Assembly: GCA_964486045.1 (NCBI GenBank)
Contig: CAZALK010000007.1
Coordinates: 32,001 to 96,000, forward strand
Source: an uncultured archaeon
GTDB taxonomy: Archaea > Asgardarchaeota > Lokiarchaeia > Sigyniarchaeales > SOKP01
Reading direction: 5' to 3'
Length of the DNA stretch: 64,000 nucleotides
Part shown: positions 1 to 9,917 of the stretch, in pieces
Position numbering within the stretch: the first letter of the stretch is position 1
Layout: the number at the start of each line of letters is the position of its first letter
The notes under the pieces: model-generated
Databases searched by the model: none
What the model was told of the DNA's origin: nothing
What the model saw: only the letters and a program-made list of their open reading frames with translations
Position numbers and translations under genes: made by a program

Positions 1-331
1 TTTCGGGAGAATCGATTTTTGGATTTATAGTAACATCAATTTTCTTTACCCGTACAAATCCTTTTGCATTTTTAAAGATCGTGACTATTGCTTTTGCTTC
101 TAAATCTTTAACTGTAAAATCTCTCTTACTAAAACAAAATACATAACTTGAGCTTAAACACCCTAACACAGCCATGGCTAGTAAGTGAGCAGCATTAGGA
201 CCTAGCATATCAGACTCAATTTTGTTTGTTTCGTCAATAAGACAATCTCCTAGTGTGATTTCACCTAAGTCGCATTTAAAAATCATATCTCTTTCTAACT
301 TTACTTTTACTTTAATCATTCTTTCTTTCAA
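1..331 (-). CDS. OsmC/Ohr-family protein (3' end outside window)
   Basis: Manual translation: ...MIFKCDLGEITLGDCLIDETNKIESDMLGPNAAHLLAMAVLGCLSSSYVFC..., with the OsmC-type GPxxxxLLxxAxxGC motif. Start uncertain (319 ATG, 331 TTG or 340 GTG). Confidence 0.7.
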   Translation of the reverse strand, partial: MKERMIKVKVKLERDMIFKCDLGEITLGDCLIDETNKIESDMLGPNAAHLLAMAVLGCLSSSYVFCFSKRDFTVKDLEAKAIVTIFKNAKGFVRVKKIDVTINPKIDSPE

Positions 332-425
332 TTCTTTCACTTCCAACAAAAATAGCTACTTGAGTTTATTCTAAACATATTGTTTATCATTAAATTACTT
401 TGAATAAATTATACACTTTTATTTT

Positions 426-1016
426 TTATAAAGATTCAATTTTTTTTAATCTAAAATGACGATATACATGGAATCCAAGAAAAAGGAAATAAATCATCAC
501 AACTAAAAAGTACTCAAGGGCAAGGAATGTTATGAATAATATCATTAGTATAAAAATTAACGTTTCTAATATTAAACACGCACTACATCCGTAATATTTT
601 TCATCAAAAAAGGATTGTTTTTTTTTATATTGTGATAAATAATTAGATATATTATTGAATTCTTCCTTTGAAATTAATAATCTAAGACCTACTAGTTTTT
701 TTTGAAAGTAAAAGAAGTTTGTTCCCCAGTCAAAGGTATCAATAATAATATGAAGAAAATAGCTAAGACCACCAATGATAACAGAAATTGTATTAAATAA
801 CAACCCTAGAATAATAATTATAACCCCAGGAATAATTGAATGTGTGATTAACATCCTGTGATTATTATTGAGGGCATATTTAGAGAGAAAAACATCAAAA
901 TCACACAAAAATGAAAATAGTATTACTAAAAAAAATTCAATAAAACTAAAATCGAAATAATACTTAAAAATTGATGCAATTATAACTCCGACTCCATAAT
1001 GAGTGTTAATATGAAT
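426..1016 (-). CDS. YdjM-like membrane metal-dependent hydrolase
   Basis: Motifs CDFD, HRMLITHS and LHIIID plus hydrophobic segments. The frame stays open upstream of the listed 908 start to an ATT at 1016 (IHINTHYGVG), behind an AGGTG RBS. Confidence 0.65.
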   Translation of the reverse strand: MHINTHYGVGVIIASIFKYYFDFSFIEFFLVILFSFLCDFDVFLSKYALNNNHRMLITHSIIPGVIIIILGLLFNTISVIIGGLSYFLHIIIDTFDWGTNFFYFQKKLVGLRLLISKEEFNNISNYLSQYKKKQSFFDEKYYGCSACLILETLIFILMILFITFLALEYFLVVMIYFLFLGFHVYRHFRLKKIESL

Positions 1017-1031
1017 TAATCTACACCTTTT

Positions 1032-2015
1032 TTATTTAATATAATCCTTCTTAGCAATCCTTTTCAATACCTTCTTTTTTACAGCACATCCATCTAACCC
1101 TTTTTTTTCTACTAAGAAAGAGGCAGCCGCAGAAGCTAAATTAGCAGATTTTTCAATTGCGATCCATGATTTATCAGAACAGAGAAATTCATATAAAAAT
1201 ATGGAAATATAAACATCTCCTGCACCTGTTTCATCTATGACTTTTTTCGGTTTAAATGCAGGTATTTTCAACATTTTATTTCCTTTCTGATAAACTAATG
1301 ACCCATTTTCTCCCATTGTCATAATGAATATTCCATTTGTTCCAAATTTCTCAAAAAAATTCATAATTTTGTGGTGATCATTATATTCGTTTGAAAGTAA
1401 TTTCATTTCATCTTCAGATCCTTTAAGAATTAACTTATCTCCAATTAATTCTATTATTTTAACCATATTAGAGATAAGTTTTTCATCATGATTATAGGAA
1501 ACTATCCCATAATCATCAATATTTCTGACGAATCCTTGTAAATCTATTCCTATGTAGATCTCGGGATAATATTTGGAGATTTGTGAGATATATTCAAAAG
1601 AAATTTCATTGCACAACGGTACTAATACAATTACATCAGGAGGATTATCTAGATACTCTTGTGGAAAATTTCTAAACATGAGTGGGGGACTTTTAGACTT
1701 CAGAGTTAAAACCCTCGAATGGTTAAAATAGTCTAGGACAAAGCTCGTATTATTTACATCTGAATATTTAATTCCTTTCAAATTAATATTTTTATCATTA
1801 ATAAAATTAAAGAGGGACTTATCAAAATTTAAGTTCCCCACATGGGAGATAATACTTATATCAACGTATCGAGCATAAGTTCTTAAAGCTAAAGAACAAT
1901 AAGAAACACTCCCCCCTAATGTGGGTTTGCTTAAACGTTTAAACCTAACAACAGTATCGACAGCAAAATGTCCAACAAATAATAAAGAGGTATTGTTTTT
2001 ATTTTGATTACTCAT
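1032..2015 (-). CDS. PfkB-family carbohydrate kinase
   Basis: N-terminal GHFAVD...LGG and C-terminal DETGAGD PfkB signature. Confidence 0.85.
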   Translation of the reverse strand: MSNQNKNNTSLLFVGHFAVDTVVRFKRLSKPTLGGSVSYCSLALRTYARYVDISIISHVGNLNFDKSLFNFINDKNINLKGIKYSDVNNTSFVLDYFNHSRVLTLKSKSPPLMFRNFPQEYLDNPPDVIVLVPLCNEISFEYISQISKYYPEIYIGIDLQGFVRNIDDYGIVSYNHDEKLISNMVKIIELIGDKLILKGSEDEMKLLSNEYNDHHKIMNFFEKFGTNGIFIMTMGENGSLVYQKGNKMLKIPAFKPKKVIDETGAGDVYISIFLYEFLCSDKSWIAIEKSANLASAAASFLVEKKGLDGCAVKKKVLKRIAKKDYIK

Positions 2016-2018
2016 TTA

Positions 2019-3185
2019 TTATGATTTTAATTTTTCAATTATAATATTCTTTTCTTCTAAGGCTATTTTTAGTTTGTTTATGTTATTTTGTAATTCTCTA
2101 ACTAAACCAGACATTGGACCTGTAGGTGCTATTATTTGAGTTTGTGGTGATGTTTTCAATTCGGTTACTAATTTATCTTTAAGTTTAAGTTGTTCTTTAA
2201 GATCTTCAATTAACCTTTCTGCTTCTATAAGGGAAAGAGTTTGAGGGGTGACTTTAGTTTTTTCGTGTAAAATTTCCTGCAATTGAGAGAGTTCAGTTCT
2301 TATTTCTTCATTTTCTTTTTTAAGTTCCTTTATCTCTTCTGGTTCAAGTTTAAAACCACCACTTTCAATAGTTTCTTTAAGTTCAGATTTTTCTCTACTC
2401 AAATTTTCTACAATGCGTTTATATTTATTTAGATCTGCTTGAAGGTCTTGGCATAAAATTTCTAAAGTATCAGACGGTGTTTGAGAGGGTTGAGGTTTTA
2501 TCACAGGTGGTTCTGGTTTGTCAACAGGAATAACAGAATCAACTGGTGATTTGGGACCTTTTTCAATTAGTTGCTCATTTAATACTCTTATTTTTGCTTT
2601 TAAATCTTCAATTTTACCTTCTAATTCTCCAACTTGGGATTTATTTTTTAATAGCTTTGATTGTAAATCCTCAATTAAAGCTTTAGACACTTCAGGGTTA
2701 TCTTTAGGGGGTATATCCTCCTTAAATTCTAAGGCAGACTTTGCTTCGCTCAATTTAATTGTCAATTCAGATATTTCGCTCTCTTTAATAGCTATTTCAT
2801 TCTCTTTAATAGATAATTTATTATCTTTGAGAGAGATATCATTGTCTTTTTCCGTTAGGCTATTTATTAAACTTTTAATCCTATTGGACAGATCAAGATT
2901 TTTGTTTTGAAGTTCTTTAACTTGATTTTCTCTTATTAGAGACCCTTGTTTTCTCTCCTCTTTTAGTCTTTTATTTTCTTCAATAGTATTCCTAACAATT
3001 TCCTCTGTTTTGCTAATTAATTCTATGTTTTCCGCAATTTTATTCCTCAAAATCTCATTTTCATTTTCTACTTCTTTAATATGATCCAACGTTCCTCCTA
3101 TGACATCTGGTTTTTTAGGGTCATCTATCATCTTTTTACGCCACAAACTTATAAAATCTTCTACTTTTTCCTCTTCTTCTGGCAT
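2019..3185 (-). CDS. long coiled-coil protein of unknown function
   Basis: 388-aa ORF, heptad-rich in E/K/L with Pro-rich linkers, within an operon. Confidence 0.7.
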   Translation of the reverse strand: MPEEEEKVEDFISLWRKKMIDDPKKPDVIGGTLDHIKEVENENEILRNKIAENIELISKTEEIVRNTIEENKRLKEERKQGSLIRENQVKELQNKNLDLSNRIKSLINSLTEKDNDISLKDNKLSIKENEIAIKESEISELTIKLSEAKSALEFKEDIPPKDNPEVSKALIEDLQSKLLKNKSQVGELEGKIEDLKAKIRVLNEQLIEKGPKSPVDSVIPVDKPEPPVIKPQPSQTPSDTLEILCQDLQADLNKYKRIVENLSREKSELKETIESGGFKLEPEEIKELKKENEEIRTELSQLQEILHEKTKVTPQTLSLIEAERLIEDLKEQLKLKDKLVTELKTSPQTQIIAPTGPMSGLVRELQNNINKLKIALEEKNIIIEKLKS

Positions 3186-3251
3186 TTTTCTTTCACTTGC
3201 TTTATTATTTTATTAATATTAAATTATTATTTTCATTTCTGTGATAAAAAA

Positions 3252-4154
3252 TTATTTAATCAAAACTCCTGAAAAGTATCCTACGCAATATCCACCGATA
3301 CTTCCACTTTTTTCAGAACTAGTATAATATTTCAATAATTCACCCTTTGTTGCGTTTAAATTTTCTGAAATTAACATAAGTGTAGTAATCGTTTGAGGTC
3401 CACACACTGTGGTTTTTAGCGCGTTTTCAAGAGTGTTTCTTGAACTTAAGTTTTCAAATTCTTGAATCACTGCCAAATCGATCTCTTTAAACATATTCAA
3501 TTGGTTAGAGCTGTTTACTTGTTTATGCGACATATCTGACGATGCTAGAATAACTACGTCCTTTTCTATTGAATTTATTGCCTCAGTTATATCTTTTGCT
3601 ATTTGATTAAGTATTTTGAAATCTTTAGTACCCGCGATTTTAATTGTGACAATTTTCACTTCTTTATCGAAAGAGCAGTACTTAATAAAGGGTAGTTGAA
3701 TTTCGATGTTATGTTCTTGTTCAGCTTTTAATCCAATAAAAAGAGCATTATCATCTTCAATTATATTACTATTATCTAAAATTAGTTTTGACAACCTGTC
3801 ATCTATCCTCAAATTACCTAAAGGTGTTTCCCATTCTCCTTTTTCCATCAATGCGATTTTGTGATACCCTACATGATCAGTTCCTAGTATTATAACTGTA
3901 TCCGGTATTCTTTCTTTAAACAAGTTTAAATATGTAAAAGCAGCACAGGGTCCTGAATATGTCATTCCGGCATGTGGAGAGACTCCCCCTATAATGGTTC
4001 TCTCAGCTTTATTCAACGGAGAGGGCAATTCATTAGGTCCAAATTCTTTATCCATGAAATATCCTTTCAATGCTTCAAGCAAACCCTTCTCTGAGCCGGG
4101 ATACCAGCTTCCCGCATGAGATGCTTTTCTAAGGACCATTTTATTAATCACCAA
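3252..4154 (-). CDS. MEMO1-family protein (AmmeMemoRadiSam system protein B)
   Basis: HAGSWYP, SPHAG..YSG, EHNIEIQLPF, ASSDMSH, TVCG and final VGY motifs. Confidence 0.9.
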   Translation of the reverse strand: MVINKMVLRKASHAGSWYPGSEKGLLEALKGYFMDKEFGPNELPSPLNKAERTIIGGVSPHAGMTYSGPCAAFTYLNLFKERIPDTVIILGTDHVGYHKIALMEKGEWETPLGNLRIDDRLSKLILDNSNIIEDDNALFIGLKAEQEHNIEIQLPFIKYCSFDKEVKIVTIKIAGTKDFKILNQIAKDITEAINSIEKDVVILASSDMSHKQVNSSNQLNMFKEIDLAVIQEFENLSSRNTLENALKTTVCGPQTITTLMLISENLNATKGELLKYYTSSEKSGSIGGYCVGYFSGVLIK

Positions 4155-4261
4155 TCAAAAATATCTCAATATTAAAATTATTATTTTCTAAGCTTAAATA
4201 ATTTAATCTAATCGTCGAGGATTGTAAGAATTATTAAGTTAGTGTTAATACCTCTTAAATA

Positions 4262-4867
4262 ATGAATGAAGTAAAGGAAAATCAAATCTCTCTTGATGAC
4301 ATTGATTTACCAGAAAAAATCCCTACAAAATTTATAAATAATCGAGTTATTGTTTTTAATCCACTTTTTGCATCATATTTATACGTAAAAGGTGTAAAGG
4401 GTCAACGTTTTTTTGGCTCACCATTAGGAATTAATAAGCCACGTTTAGAATATTTTTCGAAACCTTCGGAATTATCTCTCATTGAAGGCCTTTATCTACT
4501 AGAGGAAGAACATATCACCATTTTTGACGTAAAAGAAAATAAATATTTAGACTCAGAAGAATTCCATGAAATAGCAAAAGCTGTTCATAGCAAGTTTGAG
4601 GAAAAATACATAATTTACAGAGACTTGAGAGAAAAGGGATACATTCCGAGGCCAGGCCTTAAGTTTGGAGCAGATTTTGTTACGTATAAAAAAGGCCCCG
4701 GATTAGAACATTCCCTCTTTATGGTTCATGTTTTACCTCATGATTCTGAAATTACTGCAATAGATATGGTTAGAGCGGGTAGGCTCGCAACTTCTGTGAG
4801 GAAAAAGTTTGTAATCGCAAATCCATTGACGAAATCATATTATTTCTTTGAATGGTTCAAACCGTGA
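4262..4867 (+). CDS. endA: tRNA-intron endonuclease (EndA) catalytic subunit
   Basis: LSLIEGLYL, YRDLREKGY, GLKFGADFVTY..GPG.EHS and R.A.SVRKK; the Tyr/His/Lys catalytic triad is present. Confidence 0.93.
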   Translation: MNEVKENQISLDDIDLPEKIPTKFINNRVIVFNPLFASYLYVKGVKGQRFFGSPLGINKPRLEYFSKPSELSLIEGLYLLEEEHITIFDVKENKYLDSEEFHEIAKAVHSKFEEKYIIYRDLREKGYIPRPGLKFGADFVTYKKGPGLEHSLFMVHVLPHDSEITAIDMVRAGRLATSVRKKFVIANPLTKSYYFFEWFKP

Positions 4868-5354
4868 GGGTATTAGGCGAGATTTCGTATTAGGAGCAAG
4901 ATCAAAAGCAACCTATTAACTATGTCTAATAAAATTATGAGTATCAGTAATTTAAGGCATTTTAATTCTTAAAGTCTTTACAAATTTGCTAAAAAAATCT
5001 TTCGACTGTCAATAATTTTCTAGATAGAATTTTGCAGTTGTAGGGTCATTGAAATTATCTAAAAAAGACCGAACGATATCATTTGGAGTAACTTCACCAT
5101 TGGGACCAGAGCCAGGATTCTGAATTAAATATTGGATAATGTTTAATAATGTCTTTTGATCACCGACAGGAACTTTGCTATCATATTCTTTATGTTGGCT
5201 AGAATAAGTTAAAATAAGGTCTTGCAAATATACCGCGAATTTTCTTCTAGGGTCAATATGGTGACGATTAAATGACTAAGTCCCTTTACAAATTTAACTG
5301 AGGTTCTCTTTAACTAGTATGACAACTAAAATTTTTGAATGGTTTAAGCCTTAA
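4847..5354 (+). repeat. duplicated 3' end of endA (4847-4867 and 5334-5354) flanking ~470 bp of inserted DNA
   Basis: tttgaatggttcaaaccgtga vs tttgaatggtttaagccttaa; both encode FEWFKP* and differ only at synonymous positions. Confidence 0.75.
5009..5227 (-). CDS. small hypothetical ORF or gene fragment inside the endA-flanked insert
   Basis: 72-aa ORF with no recognisable motif; probably 5'-truncated. Confidence 0.35.
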   Translation of the reverse strand: MQDLILTYSSQHKEYDSKVPVGDQKTLLNIIQYLIQNPGSGPNGEVTPNDIVRSFLDNFNDPTTAKFYLENY

Positions 5355-5404
5355 TGGGAATGAAACCTAATACGAAAAGTCTTTCTGGTTAACTTTACAA
5401 GTTT

Positions 5405-6967
5405 CTAATAAATTGGTTCTCCTGTTATTCTATCAATCCTAGTATGCTTAAATCTTGCTCTTGACCTTGACTCAATATCACTAGCTTGTATTTTATCTAC
5501 GACTTCTTGCGGAAACATAAACTTAGCTAAATGTATAATCATCTCCTTAGTTTCAATACAATTGAATAGTCTTAGAGATTCGCAAGAATAGAAAACCTCG
5601 CTGATGAGATCATGACTCATATCAATTGAAAAATCAAGGATTTCAATATTTCTATAAATTCTTGATATTATAGAATTAAGAATATCATAGTTTTTGAGTT
5701 TATCAAGAGAATCGTTCATATAAAGATAAAATAAAACATAGTATGTTGCTTCAGAAGATACAAATCCATCACGATTTTGTTTTATACCATTAACAGTAAT
5801 TCTGCTTTCTATTTCATCTTTTAGAGCTTTAATATTTTGAGGGTCAATCCGGTTGAGAATTCCAAGAAGACTATAGATTTTTAATATAATCACTAGTTGA
5901 GAAGTTTCTAATTCTCTTAAATAGGTAGGTTTAAAAAATCTTTTCTCGGCTTTTAATATATCATTAATTAATTGATCCGAGACTTTTAGGTTTGCCATTT
6001 TTACTGATTTAAAGTAGTAATACAATCCATCTGTTGCTTCCAATATTGGAGCTTCAAATTCGTCTCTTTGATCTTCATAAATATCTTCAAGGAATTGCTT
6101 TATCTTTTCTCTGTCAATATCAATTTTTAAATGTTGCGAGAGGTATATACCGCAAAAACATAAATCAGGATTCTTTAATGTGATCAATGGAATATCTTCG
6201 AGACAATCTTCAAAGTGTTCCTTTAGATATTGTGTGATATGAGAAAAATCAAAATAAGATTGTATTTCATAAAAATCTATAATCCTATAAATTAAATATA
6301 ATAATTGTAATTTATCTTGAGAATTTGTTAAATCCTCTAGACTTTCTATATTAGTCTTATTACTACGGAATTTTTTGATAATATTATCTCTTATCTTTAC
6401 ATATTTTCTTAAATTTTCCATTTTCTCAGGTGATTTTTCAAAAAGCGTCCTCAAATTTCTTAACTCAATCATAAATTCAAGTAGAAGAAATCCTCCACCA
6501 CCATTCTGCTCTCCTTGATGTCTATTACCTCTAAAATTTAACAAAATAGACGCTGCCATTGGATCTACTAGATAATAGACAATTTGTTCTAATAAGATTT
6601 CATAAATAAACGGAGCAAGTTTGATTCTGTATAAATCATTTAAGGTAGAAATTTGTTTTCTCTCGTTATCATTGAGTTCTACTAAATGGCTTGAAAATCT
6701 ATTTTCAACATTTGATTTTTCTAATCCAAATCCTTGTAACCGTTCTATAAGGAATGATACAACATCTTGAAGAACTTTGTCTATATTATCCGAGGTGATT
6801 CCACTTATTCCTAATGATTTGGAAATTTCCTTCTGTAAATGAAAATGAAAAAATCGATCTACATCATTGTAGAATAGTTCTGTTTCGGTCAAGAACAAAT
6901 CGAGAATATTAAAAATTCCTTGAAGAATCATTGTAAAATAGAAAATATTACTTAATATAAATAACAA
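5405..6967 (-). CDS. hypothetical protein with C-terminal prenyltransferase-like alpha-helical repeats
   Basis: 520-aa ORF with repeated ATxY/LYYY-type helices (GFVSSEATYYVL). The real start is probably the internal Met (MILQG). Confidence 0.55.
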   Translation of the reverse strand: MLFILSNIFYFTMILQGIFNILDLFLTETELFYNDVDRFFHFHLQKEISKSLGISGITSDNIDKVLQDVVSFLIERLQGFGLEKSNVENRFSSHLVELNDNERKQISTLNDLYRIKLAPFIYEILLEQIVYYLVDPMAASILLNFRGNRHQGEQNGGGGFLLLEFMIELRNLRTLFEKSPEKMENLRKYVKIRDNIIKKFRSNKTNIESLEDLTNSQDKLQLLYLIYRIIDFYEIQSYFDFSHITQYLKEHFEDCLEDIPLITLKNPDLCFCGIYLSQHLKIDIDREKIKQFLEDIYEDQRDEFEAPILEATDGLYYYFKSVKMANLKVSDQLINDILKAEKRFFKPTYLRELETSQLVIILKIYSLLGILNRIDPQNIKALKDEIESRITVNGIKQNRDGFVSSEATYYVLFYLYMNDSLDKLKNYDILNSIISRIYRNIEILDFSIDMSHDLISEVFYSCESLRLFNCIETKEMIIHLAKFMFPQEVVDKIQASDIESRSRARFKHTRIDRITGEPIY

Positions 6968-7017
6968 ATTTAAAAATTAATATTTTTTGATTTACTAAAA
7001 CTAGTAAAATATCTTGT

Positions 7018-7470
7018 TTAAGGAACTACAAGGACAGGTTTTTTTGAGGAATTTGCTACTCTTTCAGTAATGTTTTCAAGCAAAATTTCAGAAGTATGTT
7101 CACTATCTCTTAATTTTATTATAATCAAATCGTAGTAGGCAGCCATCTTAATTATCTCTTCTTCTGGAGTGCCAACTATCATTTTACTTTCAAGATTAAA
7201 ATCGAGACAACCGCATTTTTTTGCTTCTCTAATTGCTTTTAGGCAATTTTTTTCACATTCCTCAAGATATTTAACATAACGTGAATCTACTTTCTTTCCT
7301 TGGTGGAAAAAAAACCGATCTAAATTTTTCTTATTCACAACATAAAGTATCATTATGGGACAATCTTCAAAGATCTTTGAAACTTTAGAAGCATATCTTA
7401 CCGCATCATAACTTTTAGGAGAACCATCGATTGGTACCAATATCGATCTAAAGCTTAATTCTTCTAACAT
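7018..7470 (-). CDS. universal stress protein (UspA family)
   Basis: ILVPIDGS, G.PEEEII..A, DLII and terminal PVLVVP. Confidence 0.9.
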   Translation of the reverse strand: MLEELSFRSILVPIDGSPKSYDAVRYASKVSKIFEDCPIMILYVVNKKNLDRFFFHQGKKVDSRYVKYLEECEKNCLKAIREAKKCGCLDFNLESKMIVGTPEEEIIKMAAYYDLIIIKLRDSEHTSEILLENITERVANSSKKPVLVVP

Positions 7471-7593
7471 ATAAACATACCAAAAATATAATTTGTACCC
7501 AATAAATAATAGAGTAAGTTCAATATTTAAACTTTTATCTTAATAATTGCTTCGATTTTGAACTAAAATTAAAGATAGAGTTTAGAAGTAAAA

Positions 7594-9405
7594 TCATTGA
7601 TTAATTTTTAATCTTTGCATGAGATTGTTTTTTATATTTTCAATTTGTTCAAAATCTTCATTTGGAACTGTTCGGCTTATTCGCATTATCCGTGTTATAA
7701 ATTCTGTATCCAAGAGTGATTCAATTAGTTTTCCACGGTTTAGAAGTTTTTTACCTTCATTATATATTAAAAGGATCAATTTCACTAATCCGAGTAGTTT
7801 TTTTGGATCAGTAAAACTGTCGATCTCATCAAAAGCACTCTGAACCAAAAATCCATTTTTAATTATTTTGGCAGTAAAAAGCAGTAGTTGTTGGTCATCA
7901 GGGAGATTTTTTTCACCTAAAAGCTGTGTAATATATTTTAACTCTTGTTCTTGTGAAAGTATTTCGTTTATTTTTTTTCTACACACTGACCAATCAAGAT
8001 CAATCTCAGGCCATTCTATATCTCTTTCACTCCACCAATCTTTGAGAGATCCTGGATAGTTAGAATAAGAATTAAGCCAACTGATAGCAGGATAATGTTT
8101 TAAATAAGCTAAATTAGAATCTAAAGCCCAAAATACCTGAACAACGCGTTTTGTTGTTGCAGTAACTGGTTCACTAAAATCTCCTGCAGGAGGGGATATT
8201 GAACCAACAATAGTTAAAGAACCCGTTCGAATTTTTCCTAAATTATCACTTCCAAGTGGTTCTACCACACCAGCCCTTTCATAGAAACTAGATAATTTTG
8301 AAGGTAAATATGCGGGATATCCTTCCTCTGCGGGCATTTCCTCCAACAGCCCAGATATTTCTCTCAAGGATTCTGCCCACCTAGAAGTGCTATCTGCTAA
8401 AACAGTGACATCATAACCCATATCTCGATAATATTCAGCTATAGTAACTCCTGAAAACAAGCTTGCCTCTCTAGCAGATACGGGCATATTAGATGTGTTT
8501 GCGATTACAACGATATGATCTAATAAAGGTCGTCCATTTTTACGATTTTTTATTTCCGTAAATTGTTTTAATATATTTGCAACCTCGGACCCCGGCTCGC
8601 CGCAACAGATATACACAATAATATCGGCATCACAAAATTTTGCTAGAGATTGTTGTATAATTGTTTTTCCAGTTCCAAAACCACCAGGAATTGCAATAGT
8701 TCCTCCCCGAGCTATAGGAAATAATAAATCTATAACACGTATACCTGTGATCAACGGTTTTTCTGGATTTTTCTTCTTACCAAAAGGTCTGCTCTTAGTG
8801 ATTGGCCATTTTTGTAACATCGAGAAGGGTTTTTCACTCCCATTCGTTGATAAGGTATAAACTTCCTCTATAATAGTATAATCTCCTTCGGGAGCAATTT
8901 TTGATATTTTTCCTGATGCTTTAGGGGGTACCATAATTTTATGTTCTAAGGACAATGTTTCTTGAACAGTTCCAATTATATCACCACCACTTACATCATC
9001 GTGAAGTTTTCTTAAAGGAATAAAATGCCATTTTTTAATTCTTGATAAAGGTTCAATTTCAACACCTCGTTCTAACCCACCGGATGTGAACTTCTGAAAA
9101 ACTTTTTCTAAGGGTCGTTGAATTCCATCAAATACATTAGAAAGTAACCCAGGACCTAATTCCATTGAAAGGGGTTCATTTAAACTTATAACCTCTCCAT
9201 ATAATCTTAGATTTTTGGTATCTTCAAAGCATTGAGCGACGATATAATCAGAATATATTTGGATAACTTCTCCTAAAATTTTAAAATCAGATATCTTTAT
9301 TAAATCGTGAAGGTGGACAAAATTTTCTAAACCTTTTATTTTGACTAGAGATCCAACAATCTCAGTTATGTATCCACGTTCAACCTCTCTCGTTGATTCT
9401 ATCAT
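7594..9405 (-). CDS. atpA: A/V-type ATP synthase subunit A, second paralog with altered catalytic motif
   Basis: Walker A GGFGTGKT, ANTSNMPV, ADSTSRWAE and EEGYPAYL; GERGNE is replaced by GEPGSE. Confidence 0.9.
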   Translation of the reverse strand: MIESTREVERGYITEIVGSLVKIKGLENFVHLHDLIKISDFKILGEVIQIYSDYIVAQCFEDTKNLRLYGEVISLNEPLSMELGPGLLSNVFDGIQRPLEKVFQKFTSGGLERGVEIEPLSRIKKWHFIPLRKLHDDVSGGDIIGTVQETLSLEHKIMVPPKASGKISKIAPEGDYTIIEEVYTLSTNGSEKPFSMLQKWPITKSRPFGKKKNPEKPLITGIRVIDLLFPIARGGTIAIPGGFGTGKTIIQQSLAKFCDADIIVYICCGEPGSEVANILKQFTEIKNRKNGRPLLDHIVVIANTSNMPVSAREASLFSGVTIAEYYRDMGYDVTVLADSTSRWAESLREISGLLEEMPAEEGYPAYLPSKLSSFYERAGVVEPLGSDNLGKIRTGSLTIVGSISPPAGDFSEPVTATTKRVVQVFWALDSNLAYLKHYPAISWLNSYSNYPGSLKDWWSERDIEWPEIDLDWSVCRKKINEILSQEQELKYITQLLGEKNLPDDQQLLLFTAKIIKNGFLVQSAFDEIDSFTDPKKLLGLVKLILLIYNEGKKLLNRGKLIESLLDTEFITRIMRISRTVPNEDFEQIENIKNNLMQRLKINQ

Positions 9406-9441
9406 TAATCTTTCAACTATTGTTTTTATTTCATTTCCATA

Positions 9442-9879
9442 TTATTTCATAGCTTGCTTACCACAAAAAAGACACTTTTTTACAAATTTGGGCATTATAT
9501 TTCCACAGTTTTCACATTTACCTATTAGTGGTGTAGAATAATTAAAATCAAGGCTTATGTGCTTAAAAACTTTTGGTTGGGGCTGTCTTGGTTCTTTTAT
9601 TTTAAATTTATCTTTTCTCCTTTGAGTATTAAGAGCTATCCTTTTCTTTTTATCTGGAAACATCCTAGAATAAAGAGATTTTTTACGGTGTTTTAAAAAG
9701 GGACCCGCAGATATTAAAAATAGAAACACAAGTATAATTATTACAACAAAAGGATTTACATCAAATCTATTTATTATTGTAAAAATAATTATAAAAGCAG
9801 ATAAGTAAATAATTAAAATAATAAATTTGAATATAATCCTTTTAGGAGTTGGTTCTTTAGGTTCATTATCATTAGTCAT
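9442..9879 (-). CDS. two-TM membrane protein with C-terminal zinc ribbon
   Basis: Two hydrophobic helices, a basic linker and CxxC-x10-CxxC. Confidence 0.7.
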   Translation of the reverse strand: MTNDNEPKEPTPKRIIFKFIILIIYLSAFIIIFTIINRFDVNPFVVIIILVFLFLISAGPFLKHRKKSLYSRMFPDKKKRIALNTQRRKDKFKIKEPRQPQPKVFKHISLDFNYSTPLIGKCENCGNIMPKFVKKCLFCGKQAMK

Positions 9880-9917
9880 TTATCGAGTTTTATAGCTTTA
9901 ATTTAATTCGAATTATT

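Noticed and set aside
6490-6535. Gly-rich insert (NRHQGEQNGGGG) as an in-frame intron
   Set aside because: It has no stop, the central helix does not pair, and the implied 29-nt excision would break the frame.
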